From assembly GCA_002633005.1 (NCBI GenBank), contig NMRA01000796.1, positions 77,781 through 141,780 of the forward strand: a DNA stretch of 64,000 nucleotides, given 5' to 3'. Each line of letters opens with the position of its first letter. The first letter of the stretch is position 1. The stretch comes from Phoronis australis (taxonomy: Eukaryota; Animalia; Phoronida). Below are positions 50,704 to 64,000 of this stretch, one piece after another. The position numbers were made by a program, and so were the translations under genes. The notes beneath the pieces were generated by a model. It was not told where the DNA came from. It did no database searches and saw only the letters and a program-made list of their open reading frames with translations.

Positions 50704-53700
50704 CAGGGCCGTAGAAAGCGGGGGCCGGGGGGGGGGGGTGCCGGGGGGGGCGGGGGGGCACGTCCCCCACCAAGAAAAAATTTTTCAGGCGTCTGGTAAA
50801 ACCGTGGCAACCGACATAAGCATGGTGCCAGGGACAGTCGAGAAAAGAAAGACTGCGAAAAACGGATGAGAGAAAATTCAAGAGGACATTTAACAAATCT
50901 GCATCAGTGCATGGTTTATCTTTTGAGGACCCCTGGCCAGGACACTGTCGTTTGGGTCTTCGCTTTTGCAGCACAGGTCGTCTAAACGCGCACATATATT
51001 TCGAAAAATTGAGAAAATTTGTAAAGCGAAGCCTTTGCGGAGCGTACTAGTTTACTGGATGTTTAAATTCAATAAGTCAATTTTGCTAATGCAAAACTAT
51101 ATTTTCCAGAGGCCCCTCTCTGGCAAGGGATAACGTGACAACTTTCGCTTTATTTTTTTCTCGAAACTGTATATCACTTGAGAAAAACTGATGACCTGAC
51201 AGACTCGGATAACATCAATTGCTGCGTATTTCCTGATATTTGAAAATACATATATTTTCATATTTAGGAGCCCCGCCCTTGAAGGAGGCCATTGATGACA
51301 TTCAAGTGGCCACCTTTTTGTGTTTTTATTGACAAATTCTTACGGGCTCACGGAGAGAGGGCCCAATGTTGGAATCGATTACCTCTATTTTCCTGTTTTT
51401 TTTNCATTCAAGTAAGTCAGGCAAACACATTTTAATTAATAATCCACTTGTCCCAGCTGCCGCCCTGAAGTGTTGTGCCAGATGGTTCATATGCTGATGA
51501 ATTTCTGTAATTACTTCACGTTTCGTGTTTCGTCTCTTATAGTTGCTAAACGTAAATTAAACATTAGAACGTTCTAGAAACCATGTGTAGTTAGTTGTTG
51601 CAACAAGAGGGGGGTTACATATATCAAACTTGACGAACATCCGTGGCGTGGGCGCATTGAATTTTGGAATTAAAAGCTGAATGACGTCAATATGAACACG
51701 TGTCTAAAAACGCTACGCAATATTGCCACAAGTCAAACTTTAATAATTCTGCTAAAACTAATGATTGTCTAAAGGTATTTCAATAAACACAATATACATT
51801 CATTGACTGGCCTTGATGCATTACAAGCTTCAAGGTGTAAGGCATATCAAATCCAAATAGAAAAAATAAAGAGTTCGTCTCTCCTACTTGTTAGACGAAG
51901 TACAGGCTCTACTTCCTATTTTTTGGTAGCACGCTACATAAATATAGACAATCTAAATCCGTGGTCATGACCATGATATAGAATAGCGGTACATAGGTAG
52001 ACACTCTATATCCATGGACATGACCATAAATATAGAATATCGTGCTACATATATAGACATTCTAAATCCATGACCATAACCATTATATAGAATAGCGCAC
52101 TAAACCCTGTATGTAAATCCGACACTGCCAATTATTCACGAGGAAGGCTGAGATTCCAAATTTACAAAAAATAACAAAACATTCTTGCACATCACAGCCA
52201 TTCGACCCAAACAACCAAAAATTTGAAAAAATGCAGTAGGATTGCCGCCATCGAAAGGGTGGAATTTTGAAGAACGTGAAGACCACTACTTGTGAATTAC
52301 ACAAAAGGACTATTTCCTATGGTTAATTATAAAATAATGTTACTGTTTCCGATAGTATCACAACAATAGTATCTCTTTTGACGATGGTTACTATGAGTTG
52401 TTTGTAAGGAATTACCACTTGTGGAAAACACTGCTGTCTAGGCTACTATTTGTAATGATCGTGTACATGTCGAAAGGGGTACCCAAAGAACTCTCGCAAT
52501 CATAAACAAAGATTTCAACGTTTTTCTTTGTCAGTGGAGTTCAAGTTTACATCGTGAACCGTTATAGGTACCTCTGATAACACACCTTAATACGAATACC
52601 CAATCTCCCATATTCCCCTGGTTACCCGTCAAAAGTCTGCGAGCATGCATGCGGAAATTGCGCTTAATATTCATGTTTGATAAACAAATTCGTTGCTTTC
52701 TGATTTACTTGTTTATGTATCTACGAATATCGATAGATTCATAGATGATTTTTGACAATTAGAAGCTAATGTTGTAAGAATTGGTGATGATTCAGTGAAT
52801 TTAATTGCTGCCTGAAGTTGGAAAAACTCTATAATCCGATCCCCAAATAGTAAAAAGTACACTTAGACGATTTTTGCATATCTAAAATAACTCTCTAAGA
52901 CATTGATGAAATTCGTACACACAAACCGTAGATAGAGAAAAACGTTTTAAAAATCCTTAAATAAATAAAATGAAACTCATTTCTTAGGTTGTCTTCGCAG
53001 TTCCTTGGTGTTTTTGGTTTCCAGTAGTATTGAGAAATGATTTTTTTTCTTCAAAACTGAATTGATTGCTTTTCCTGACTGACGTATCCAGGTTAAAAAT
53101 AAGAATGATGTAACCATGCAGTAGGCCGCGCAGACTCTTTGTGATAACCACAAGGACTGAATTTGAACTGCAAGCATTCAGGAAGTGTGTACATTTTTGG
53201 GACACACTATCCTTTTCCACAGCCACCAGAAACTGAACTACCGGACGTGTATCAACTAGGGATTTTGAAACAGCCCCAAAGGCACTATACAAGGGACTTT
53301 GGGGCCCCATCTTTTCAAAAAAAAACTCTTCCAAAGAATGACCATAATAAAATAAAGTTTTCCCGAAACTGGATCACAACAACACGAATCTTGGCCTTAA
53401 AACGAGAGCAGACGGCCGGTACGAGCTAAGCTGCCAGTCTCAAGTGAATCATAGTTGAGCTGACTAGCAACTAGCTTTAGTTCATCGGGAATTTCGTATT
53501 TTCACAGTGTTAGATCTCAGCTATAGCTACTTGAGGCAGCTCCTCGCTACAGGTCAGTGTACTGGTGTTAGGCCCATTCTTACTCTCCATGTTGGTTCAC
53601 GCTTACTCAACTCTTAATGGCTGGATCCCCGGGATTGTTCGAGAGGCGGATCCATGATTTTGAGTTGGGGGGGTTGGGTAGAGTACCAGTCAGGCTTTTA

Positions 53701-53903
53701 CCAGTCAGAAATTGGCACCTCCGAACTGCCAATTGGAATCTGAGAGAAATTTAGGGGGGCCATGGCCTCTTGGCCTCCTAAATCCGCCACTGTGCCTCCC
53801 CACGTGGGAGATTCGGTACAAATATGGTGGCATCGGGAGAACAGGGGCGAGGGGGGGGGGGNCCCCCCCCCCCCCCCAATAACTTTGCCTTCCTACGGGC
53901 CTG
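50704..53903. mobile_element. 3.2-kb non-autonomous DNA transposon with 5-bp TSD AGATG (hAT5-like)
   Basis: AGATG|CAGGGCCGTAG...CTACGGGCCTG|AGATG, with poly-G/C subterminal tracts and a nested MITE at 53641-53792. Confidence 0.75.
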
Positions 53904-54739
53904 AGATGGCGCTGGCTGTTCGTCCTAGTCGCCATGTTCCTTTTGTCTATAAGTCCATTGTTAAATTAGAGGTGAGATTTCCTCATTCATAGTAGCCTTA
54001 CTACATCTCTAACGTTGTTAATTCATTATAATCACACCTCATATATCAGCCATCTATTATTTACTCCCAGTTTCTGCTCTTTCATGTTGCGATCATTCGT
54101 AGTGTACTGACACCAAAAAACATTAAAGAAATGCTTGCGAGATATTCTCTAATTAGGTGGCACTGAACAGTTAGGCTGCGGCCGCGGTCAATTTGCAGTG
54201 CCAAAATATTAAAATCTAGGGGTAGGCCAGGCTTGGGGGCATTTTTAGTTAGGTATTGTATGTAGACCAAGTGAATGTGGTTTGTTTGTATTTGTGAACA
54301 TGCTGAGAATGAAAAAGGCCACTTTCTCGGCTGCAGTTGCACTCTTCTTCAAGACAGTGGCCCCCGGTTGCACTCAATTGTGCACTGCTGTGTAGCAACT
54401 GCGAAATTGGCCGTTATTTCAGGTAGCCCTCAAACAAGCCAGATTTGCAAAAAAATAGTTGGTTGAGAGTACTTTTGGACCACAGAATTGGTAGGAAATT
54501 TGCTTTCGGAATCTAATGTTGGCTTTAGTCGAGCGTTGGCAGGGAAGTGGTGGTTTGGGGGTGAAAAGTGCCGATTTTGCATTTTTGCCCTTATTTTGCT
54601 TAGTCATGCTAGCTTGGTTTTCACTGGAAGTGAAAGGGTCAAAAATACAAGAGAGGATATAGTTTCTTGATCACATTTGATTTAGGCCAGAACAGAAGCA
54701 CGAACATTAAAATTAGCGCGTAAGTAAATAAGGACGGTT

Positions 54740-55260
54740 TATTGCTCTAAGCCATTCTCAAGGAAACAAGAGACTTAAAACACCGTTGAGTAATTCTCAA
54801 AGAAGTCATGTTGTGTACCAACTCAACTACAGTGGCTGTGAACAGTTTTGTATTGGAATGACGAACAGGATTCTTAGCATCAGAGTAAAAGAACACTGTA
54901 AAGACACACACAGTGCTGTTCTCAATCATTCCTTGACAACTGGTCACACTATAGATTGCTCTGGTGTTCAGATCCTAGACAAGGATAATGCCACCCTCAG
55001 GCTCCTCATAAAGGAGGCTATGCTTATACGGTTGAACCATGGTGAGCGTTACCTAAACAGAAACATTGGTTCATTTGAGCTCCAATTGTTTTGATTGCTG
55101 GTCTCTCCGCCTAACTATGCACTTTGACGTGTACCTGTACAGTCTCTTCTCTACCTGTTTCCTTGAGAATGGTTTAGAGTAATAAACCGAAACGTTGGAT
55201 GAATATGTCGATATAGTTTCTGTGCTCATATGTAGGGCTTGTGATGTGAAATGACACAAA
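54740..55260 (+). mobile_element. Penelope-like element 3' end (GIY-YIG endonuclease plus pLTR part)
   Basis: SHVVYQLNYSGCEQFCIGMTNRILSIRVKEH...SAVLNHSLTTGH...ILDKD...RLLIKEAMLI...LNRN. Confidence 0.85.
55158..55200 (+). ncRNA. Variant minimal hammerhead-ribozyme-like motif of the Penelope element
   Basis: CCTTGAGAAT-GGTTT-AGAGTAAT-AAACC-GAAAC-GTT-GG: helix II and GAAAC are intact, but the core deviates from CUGANGA. Confidence 0.45.
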
Positions 55261-55789
55261 ACTTTTCTTTATTTGCATACAGTTTTTGAGAGTGAAGAAA
55301 GGGTGAAGAGTCCATTGACGTGTGTTCTGATAGGCAAACCCCTGTGAGAACTGTTCTGTGCCTCCTTACAACCTGTGAGATCACGAGTCATGTAGCAGTT
55401 GTGTGTGTCGAGTGGAGCAGTGACGGCTTAACTTGCTTCTCAGGGCTCACACGCTGACGTCACTGATAGCGTGGGTGGGTCTCGCACTACAACGGCGGTT
55501 TTCATGTATCGTTGGCTCAATGGGTGAACGTTACTGTTATGTGCGTAAGTTAATTCATGTAACAGGCACAAAGTAGTTATTTGCGGCGTAAAGTAATTTT
55601 GCTTTCCATTGCCTGCTGTCAGTCTCGATTCTGTGGCTTTGAGATGTGGCCCCTCGGGGCCTAATCCCTTTGGAACAACTTGGGGTATTTTTGTAGCCTC
55701 AGCTTTTTCCTTGGAGATGGATTTAATCTGCTTGACTTTCAAACTGGAGAATGATTAGCCATAATGACCAAAGCTGAGCATGCCCCAAA

Positions 55790-56140
55790 AATATTCACCT
55801 CCAAGGGCATCCGAAACACCTCGAGTATTTTCGTAACCTCAAATTTCACTTAAAGGTGAACTCTATCTTCGCGTGTGCGACCTTCAGTCAACCTGTTATT
55901 CTCAAAAATGAATGTCACGTGACTTGTCTTATTTTTGAAGTCTGCACATCCCCGAGAGGATCTATGAGGCTCCGAAAATACCCGAAGTGTTCCGAAGGGA
56001 AATTACGCAAAAACTCAAGATGTTCCGGATGTCCCGCGGGGACATTTGTAGCTATGCAAATACCCGTGATGTTCTGGATGTTCTTATTGTAGATACAAAC
56101 ATACTCGAGAGGTGTCCGAATGGGTCCCAAGCTTTAAATT
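55790..56140. repeat. Dispersed repeat shared with 28970-29250
   Basis: AAGGTGAAC..C..CGCGTGTGCG..CTTCAGT...TACCCGAAGT..TCG is colinear in both places. Confidence 0.65.
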
Positions 56141-58075
56141 TATGAATAATCTAGTACTTGGGGAATCCCCACCTATTTAGACAGTGACTCAATAAAGACC
56201 CATGACTGGTACCCAAACTAACAAAGGTTTGTGGTCTGAGGTTGGGAGGTCAATGAAAATGTAGCCTTTTCGTGGTTTTGTTCCAAAAGCCCATCCGTTT
56301 TATGAGAGTTAATTCTACAACTTTACATTTTCGTTTTTGGACAGCTTTCTTTTTCACCCATTCAGCTTGAAAAAGTGCTCAGAGATCTTGTGTTGTCAAA
56401 AATGAGTGCCTAGATATCAAAGTTTTAAAAATAAATATATCATTTTGAGAACCTTTCTGCAGTAGGAAAAAGATGCCCTTTGCAGTGTTTTTAACTCCCA
56501 AAGTGAAACCTGTTGTATTAATGACAAAGGTTTTATTTGGTAGGTATTTGTTTTGGATTGAAAAGGCACCATTTTGAAAAATCACCCAGCTAAGTGTTCC
56601 AGTAGAAACCGTTCGTGTGAGTACCCCTTGGGAAAGGTTTAAGGAGGAAACTCTGAAAGCCCAAGGAGGGTGAAATGAACCCTATCCCTAGCCCAAACAA
56701 TGTGCGTTGAACATCTTGGGAAGTACATAAGCGTTGTTTTTACTATGTGCCGCTCAGGTGGTGTTTTTCTGGCTTCCAGATTCCCTTTGATATGAACCCT
56801 ACTTCTGTGGAAAAGACTAACTTTTTATCCGACCAACTTACCTCTGTATAACTGGTCTCAACTTGTTCCTTAGTGGCATCGGAAGAACTCAAACTTTATG
56901 CTCGAAGCGATGTTTGGTGCACCTCGACCCGCCTGGTCAAGACAATTTATTGAGGCACGTCTTAAACAATAACAAACCATCAGAGATCACATCTAATCTC
57001 AGTAATGTACAGCATGAGACCAATCTCATAATGGTATAAGATGATCTAGACAGAGTCTGGATTTACAGCAGCTTTAAAAATGGTTCACTTTGTGGACTAA
57101 GGAACTTAAATTTAGTACAGATTTTTTTATTTTCCATGGTGTATTTAAAAGCTTTTTGGGTTAACAGATTCTAGCCGTCTTCTGAAATGGTTTAAAACCC
57201 TGAAAAAGGATTATATTCTATGAATACTCCTGTACAAACGGGTGAGACTGGCCTTTTCAGCGAAGCGTTCATCAAATGAAAACCTTTTCATAGTTTTGGA
57301 TTTCTCAAAAGGTGGGTACATATTCCGATTTTTAGCACTTGGCCTCTTCAAAACTAGCAGAGTGAACTCTGCATCAAAAGGTACTTGCAAATCGAGTCTG
57401 AAAGGCTAAGGCTTAAAGATCCATTTTATGTTTTGCATAAAGAAGTGATGGAAATTCTAACAATAATGGCTGATAAACAACTAAACAAATTTAAATGAAG
57501 AATCCTTGCATGCGATTGTTCTTCTAGACTTTGGTGGCTAACATAAAATGTTTACGTTAATATTATCTACTTTCTTTTTAAACAATATTCCAGGTGACAT
57601 ACATCTTAGTATTTATCTTGATCATCCCTTTTCAAAGAGCCCGCGTCTAATCTTTTCACTCCAAGTCTAACTCGAGATTGTTTTTGTCCTTTCCATTCCG
57701 CTTTTAGCGAGTTCAATATCGTACTTGACTGCTAAATTCGAGCTCAAAACTCCAGTAAAAACTTATGATTTCTAGTTAAAACTCGAAATTTTGAGTTCAG
57801 ACTCAAAATTTTAGCCCAGATGCTGGAACCATTAAGTGCCAGCCGTTATGTACTCAAAAGACAACTATCTTGAATTCACACAAAAGTAGAATAGAAAACG
57901 ACAAAAATATTCTTGAGTAAAAGATTAGACCCAGGGCCCAGGTGTTACTTTCACTATGCTCTACACGCTCACAAGGCAGTGAATGTACAACTTCGAATCG
58001 CATTCGTGTCTTTATTCCTTTGTTGTATCCCCCAACACCACTGGTGTAGCCAGTATACTGTAGGTGAGGTCACGC

Positions 58076-59480
58076 AGTCCCTGGTATAGTGCCTTTGGGG
58101 CTGTTTCAAAATGCCTAGTTGAAACACGACCGGTAGTCCACTTTCTGGTGGCTGGGGTAAAGGATAGTGTGTCCCAAAAATGAACACACTTCCTGAACTC
58201 TTGGAGTTCAAATTCAGTTTCCGTGGATCACTGAGATTCTGCGAGGGCCTACTGCATGGTTACATCTCATTTTTAAGGTGGGTAAGTCAGTCACGACGTG
58301 CACGCGAATCAGGACAAGCAATCAATTCAGTTTTGAAAAATAAAAAATCATCGCTCTATACTATTGGAAACTAAAAGCATCTAGGAAGTGCAAAAACAAC
58401 CTTTCCAGGCAATGAGTTTAATTTTATTTAATTAAGGGTTTTTAAAACGTTTTTTCTATCTACGGTTTGTGAGTCCGAATTTCATCAATGTCTGGGGTTA
58501 TTTTAGATACGCAAAAATCGTCTATAAGTGTACTTTACTGTTTTCCAACATTAGGCTGCAATTAAATTCACTGACACATATTCAGTTCTAATAAGATTAG
58601 CTTCTAATTGTCAAAAATTTTCTATGAATCTATCGGTTTTCGTAAATACATAAACAAGTAAATCAGAAACCAACGAATTTGTTTATCAAAACGGAATGTT
58701 ATAAGCAATTTCCGCATGCATTCTTGCGGACTTTCGACGGGTAACCGTTGAAATATGTGAGATGGGGCATTCGTATTAAGGTGTATTTTTGCTCATTTCA
58801 AGGGTACCTGTAACGGTTCACGAGGTAAGCTCGAACTCCACTGACAAAAAAAAACGTTGAAATCTTTGTTTATGATTGCGAGAGTTCTTTGAGTACCCAT
58901 TTCGACATGTACACGCTCATTACGAATAGTAGCCTAGACAGAAGTGTTTTCCACAAGTGGGGATTCCTTACAAACAACTCATAGTAACCATCGTCAAAAG
59001 AGATACTATTCTTGTGATACTACCGGTAACAGTAACATCATTTTATAACTAACCATCTGAAATTAGTACTTTTGTGTAATTCAGTCACAAATAGTGGTGT
59101 TCACGTTTTTCAAAATTCCACCCTTCCCCATTTTTGGTTGTTTGGGTCGAAGGGCTGTGCTGTGCACGATTTTTGGGTTTTTTTTAATGAAGTTGGAGTC
59201 TCAACTTCCATCGTGAATACTTGGTAGTGTCGGATTTTCATGTATACAGGGACGAAGGGACATTTCCCCCGAGCTGCTCCACCGAGAGAGGGTACCGTCT
59301 GAAACGGGACACCTTAAGATGAAAGGCTAAACATCACGAAGCTTGGAAAAAAAGAGTGACATTTCATTCCACCGTCGTGTGGTCCCAAAACGATGCACGG
59401 AGTGACCTCCTTCAACATGAAAGCCGGTTGCACGATTCCACAAAAAACAGGAAAATAGAGGTAACCGATTCCAACACTTA
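58076..59480. repeat. Inverted copy of the 52105-53298 (and 51365-51404) segment; a partial third copy lies at ~59500-60230
   Basis: Colinear reverse-complement similarity over about 1.2 kb, e.g. GATTGCGAGAGTTCTTTG vs CAAAGAACTCTCGCAATC. Confidence 0.85.
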
Positions 59481-60229
59481 AGCATTGGCATTTTTTACAA
59501 GATAAGCTTTTAATTGTTAAAAATCATCTATCAATCAGTTGATTTCCGTAGATACATAAACATGTAAATCAGATTTCAACAATCGATTCCATGAGCAATG
59601 CGTTTACCTTGATTTAATGACTCAATTCCTTTTTGATCTCCTGTTTGTGAGTTTAAATGTACCTAAGTCAAAAACCAATTGCATTTATTGCTATTTCAAT
59701 TGTGAGCATATTTTTGGTCACTGTCCGAATTTCATCAATGACTTTGAGAGTTGTTTTAGATGGACAAAAATCGTCTAAGTGTACTTTACTATTTCGGGAT
59801 CGGATTATAGAGTTTTTCCAACTTCAGACTGCAAATGAATTCACTGAAACATCATCAAAACTTGCAAGATTAGCTTATATTTTCAAAAATAGTCTAAATA
59901 CATAAACATGCAAATCAGAAACCAACGAATTGGTTTATGAAAACGGAATGTTATAAGCAATTTCCGCCGGTATGCTCGCAGTAACCGGGGGAACATGGAA
60001 AATGGGGCATTCGTATAATAAGGTAGTTTTGCTCATGTCAGAGGTACCTCAAATTCCAAAAAACGCTGAAATCTTTGTTTATGATTGCCAGAGTACTTTG
60101 AGTACCCCCGTTCGACATACAAACGGTCATCACAAATCGTAGCCCCAATAATGTTTTCGACACGTGAGAATTACTTACAACGATCTTCAAAAGAAATACT
60201 ATTCTAATTTGTGATACTCCTCACTGTCG

Positions 60230-61420
60230 CAAACTCGTTCATAAAGTGCAAAAATCAATCAATCAATCCAATTAGAATCACCTTCTCTCTTCATCTCAAC
60301 TCCATGCATCTTGAAACTCTGTTCAAGTCTTTTGTACTTCCACATCTAAATTACTGTGACAGCAAACGCAGGCACACTTTCTCAATTAGAAAGATTAGGC
60401 CTACAATACCAGGCGGCTTTAGCCATAATAACAGGAGCATGCAAAGGTTCTAAATAGTCTTAACTGGAGCATATACTAGCAACCCTTCGTAAACTCCACA
60501 TGTCCATGTATACATTCAAAGTCTCAAAAAACTTAAACAATTATTCAAACAAAATCCTCTTTGACTCCTACAAAAGATTTAAGACCAGGACTGCGGCAAA
60601 GTATTATATACACTATACCGTCTTCTCCCAGCCAAGACTTCAGGAGATCTACGATATAAAGTTGCACTGACAACTGCAATTCCTTACCATCCAAAATAAA
60701 AGAAAACACTTTAATCGTCACTCTCAAAAATAACTTTAAACTGCGTACCACTACTCAAGACTTGCCAATTCCATTGACATCATTCCAACTTCCTCGCAAC
60801 CATGAAATAATCCTACTAGATCAAGATGCGGACTATTCCTATTCAACGACAAATTTAGACATAATTTTAATAATAGTTCACCTCTGTGTTCCTGTGTAGT
60901 CACCCAGACACATGCTCAAGTTTTCTTTGCTCGCACAGTATGCGGGGAGCAGAGGGTACAGCTTTTCCAGACACTCGAACAATACCCCATTGTTCACAAA
61001 AAATATTCAGATATTCCTCAAATGTATAACCAAACAATTTTTCTAAATGGATGTAAAGAACTCGACCCAAGTGAAAATAAGGTTTTGTTCGACATGACGA
61101 CGTGCTGGAAATTCATGCCTAAACCCAATTAGATTTGTTGACTGAAGCGTAAGTTTCAATTATCCCCACTCAATGCCAACACAATAGAGAGCCAACCGGC
61201 TGGCATCATAACATTCTCCAATTGAATAGAACTACTTGTGACCTTTTCTTTGACCCGGATCTTATATGGAGGACAATAGCCCGGATCTTCATATGGAGGA
61301 CAATCAGAAACCTCTTGTATGGTAGTAACATTGGCTCAAAACGTGAATTTTTACGAACTGACACATCCCAATAGGTTGGTTGTACTTACATTGCAAATAT
61401 TTTAAATGAAATAAAATAAT
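60230..61420 (+). mobile_element. CR1-group LINE 3' fragment
   Basis: LETLFKSFVLPHLNYCD...LEK..YQAALAITGA, decayed downstream, with an AT-rich tail and AATAAA near 61410. Confidence 0.7.
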
Positions 61421-64000
61421 TTAAAAGATAAGCAATACATATAATCACACAGTTTTTATTTTTAAAACATACATACAAATACATATGCAGTGGCGGATCT
61501 ACGGGGGGAGGAGTGTTGGTGGTTTCGACCACAGGTTGTGGTGCTTAGCGTCTAGTGTGGTAGTGTAGTTAGTAGTATGCTCTGCTTAGTGCTCTGCTTT
61601 CAGCTTCCGCCGCTGTTCAGTTCTGACTGTCAGTACATAGATTATCCCACAAGCATGCTATTAACATTCCCACTAAATAAGATTGGTCCTAACGACAGTG
61701 GTCAAGGTAAACGGTGGGGTTTGGAAAATTGAACTAGACCGTATTTATCCACCTTGGCTGAGTCGCGCTCGGCTCACGATCAAAGGGATGCCGCCAAGCT
61801 GATCTATTCATCGAGTCACAAGCGAGGATAATTGGCTTCGCTCATGCAGATATGCTCAGCTGGTTACAATCTAGCTAGCAGACTGTACGTTTTATGGAGA
61901 GAGTTTTACGTAGTTTTACTGTAATATTTGAAAAGAGGAGCGAAAACAAATATGAGTACAACTTTGAATTTTTCAAATCGGCCCAGGATCAGAGATTTTG
62001 CAACACAACAACACTCACGATTACTTTCATTTTGCGCGCACGAATACAAAATATAGGACCCAAGTTATTTAGATTCTGGAACACATGCATTGCAATGTTC
62101 AAAATACGTTCATTATGAATCTTACAAGCTGTAAAACGACGTTGTTTAATTTCATTGTGCTCATTCATTGTCATCGGTCAAATCGGCAATTTCCGAGATG
62201 TGACCTGCGGAGTGCGCGTATGTACAAAACACGTGATTGTTATGTTCCTGAAGAACGAAAATTAAGAAACTTTAGCATGCCGTTATTAATGACAGGGACG
62301 CGATAAAACGAATTTGGATTTTGACTATAGTCTTGATACAGCGAGCTGGCTGACCACTGCGTCAGTGTCTCGATCCGTTAGACCCAGAAATTTCACACAG
62401 CCCGGGTAGTTCACCTCGTCCCCAACACGTAGATCGATACTTGGGCTATGATAATACTCCACGGTAGAGCTAATGACAGTCGGCCTGTGCACACAAAATC
62501 TGTGAGTTAACCAGCACTCACCTGCACGTTGCAGCCGTTTAAGTGAATAACAATCTAGTAAACGCCATTTTCTTGCATAATCCTCCGCCTTTTGTAGCAA
62601 AAACGTCTGTCGTCGATGACCTACACAGCAACGCCAGAAATTTGTAACATGCACTACTGCGCATGCGCTAAATCTTGCCATCAGCCCTCCATAAGAAATA
62701 CACAAAAACAGGCAGGAATTTATAAGTGAGGGGAGATAACTACACAATTTGCCGATAGCCTGTCGCATAGAGTGTATGTTAAGACTTGTTACTGCCAAAT
62801 ATCAGCCTCATTAGTGAAAATTTTTTCCACGTCTCTTGAAGTTTGAAATTTGCCCCGTTCAGGCCTATGTTAACAATCGTCCGGAAGCCAATATTTGAGC
62901 GCATAGCTCATTTTTAAGTCAAGTTTGTGGCTGAATTCATTATGTCAGCGGATTTGTCGATAGCCTAGGTGACTGCCAGGAGTACGCAGAGGTTTCTTAT
63001 CCAAACTTCATGCTGTTTTTCGAAAATTTTTCCACGTCTCTTGTGTTCAGAAAATGGATCCACGGCTCTGGCTGTCTTGCAATGAAATTTGCATTCTGTC
63101 GATTAGAGATTACCTCAGAATTGGTAAGAAACTGTTATGTTCATTTTCTCATCGGGTATGAATTTAGAAATACTTTCAAAGTTTTTAAAAAAGGCGGATT
63201 TTATACAGTTTTATGTAACTATGTTTCGCCTGTGAGTAGTTGATACTAGTTATCTTCAAAATGTTTCTTCGTTTTTTGTAATCCTTAGTACGTTGTCCTT
63301 CGTCTTAATTCAATACTGTTACATTGGAGTGGATTCCGGACACAAATATGTATTAATCACCTGAAGATTAATAAAAAGCGCTTTGGCAGCCCGCTTTAAG
63401 CCAAGTGCAAGCACACGAGGCTGGCTGGCGTTCAGTTCACTTTTGTTGTGGTTATGTGTACAAGTTAACAGAGAGCTGCGACCGGTGACCCAGCTAGCAC
63501 TGTCATAGTGTAGACTGTGGAATTCCAGAAACTCCAAATACTGTTATTGTAAACTTGACAAGTATTGCTCTGCAGACTAGTGACTTCAGCTCACGCTGCT
63601 AGCGCCCAAGCTTCCTGACCTTTAACCTTACTATGCGTTGTTACGATTGGTTAGCGACATGGCGCTAAGCGTCACCTAGCGGATCAAGAATGTTACAAAT
63701 TTTCTGGCGTTGGCACGCTCACTCGGGAGCGGGACAAGGGAGCGGGACAATGTCGACGAGCCAATCCAGGTATGCAGCAAGGACATCTGTTGTCGAAAAT
63801 CATAATTCTATTTTTGGAGTGCAGGGATTCCCAAACACTCTTCTACAGAGAAGATACGAAAGACAAAAGCGCGCGGCTACCAAAATTTGATCAGCTGGAC
63901 GTTAAGACTTATTTTGTGCAATGGATTGTGGAGATGAAACTGCAGTAAAAGAATTTTTTAATGTTTATTATGAAATTGTCACAGACAGTGCCAACAGGCA

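Noticed and set aside
52977-53429. ORFs at 52977-53429 and 57969-58374 that resemble each other as a gene family
   Set aside because: The similarity comes from the inverted non-coding repeat; frames are not conserved between copies.
62325-62798. 157-aa minus-strand ORF
   Set aside because: No recognisable domain, a non-ATG start and no supporting splice structure.

Overview
AT-rich, repeat-dense animal (invertebrate, probably lophotrochozoan) genomic DNA, not prokaryotic. Two intact spliced host genes can be rebuilt by hand with phase-consistent GT-AG introns. (1) A 4-exon gene (1308-12661, +, 894 aa) joins an N-terminal THAP zinc-binding domain to C-terminal C2H2 fingers, the last of which resembles the ZFP91/ZNF692 family. 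(2) A 3-exon gene (24792-27518, +, 318 aa) encodes a probably secreted PAN/apple-like plus fibrinogen-related (FReD) protein, and a pseudogenised tandem paralogue lies upstream at about 19860-21328. The most unusual element is a 3.4-kb LTR retroelement in intron 1 of the THAP gene. It has both LTRs, a PBS and a PPT, but encodes only a Gag, whose N-terminus looks like a ComEA-type helix-hairpin-helix motif, and has no pol. The rest of the window is nested transposon debris: two Gypsy relics, a LOA/I-type LINE with RNase H split by a THAP-bearing Kolobok-like element, a Tx1/L1 LINE with a 13-bp TSD, CR1/L2 fragments, a Penelope GIY-YIG end followed by a hammerhead-like motif, and non-autonomous DNA elements with 5-, 8- and 9-bp TSDs. 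There are also a foldback palindrome, minisatellites and a tandem array of CTCF-like motifs. All calls are from manual reading; no database searches were run.
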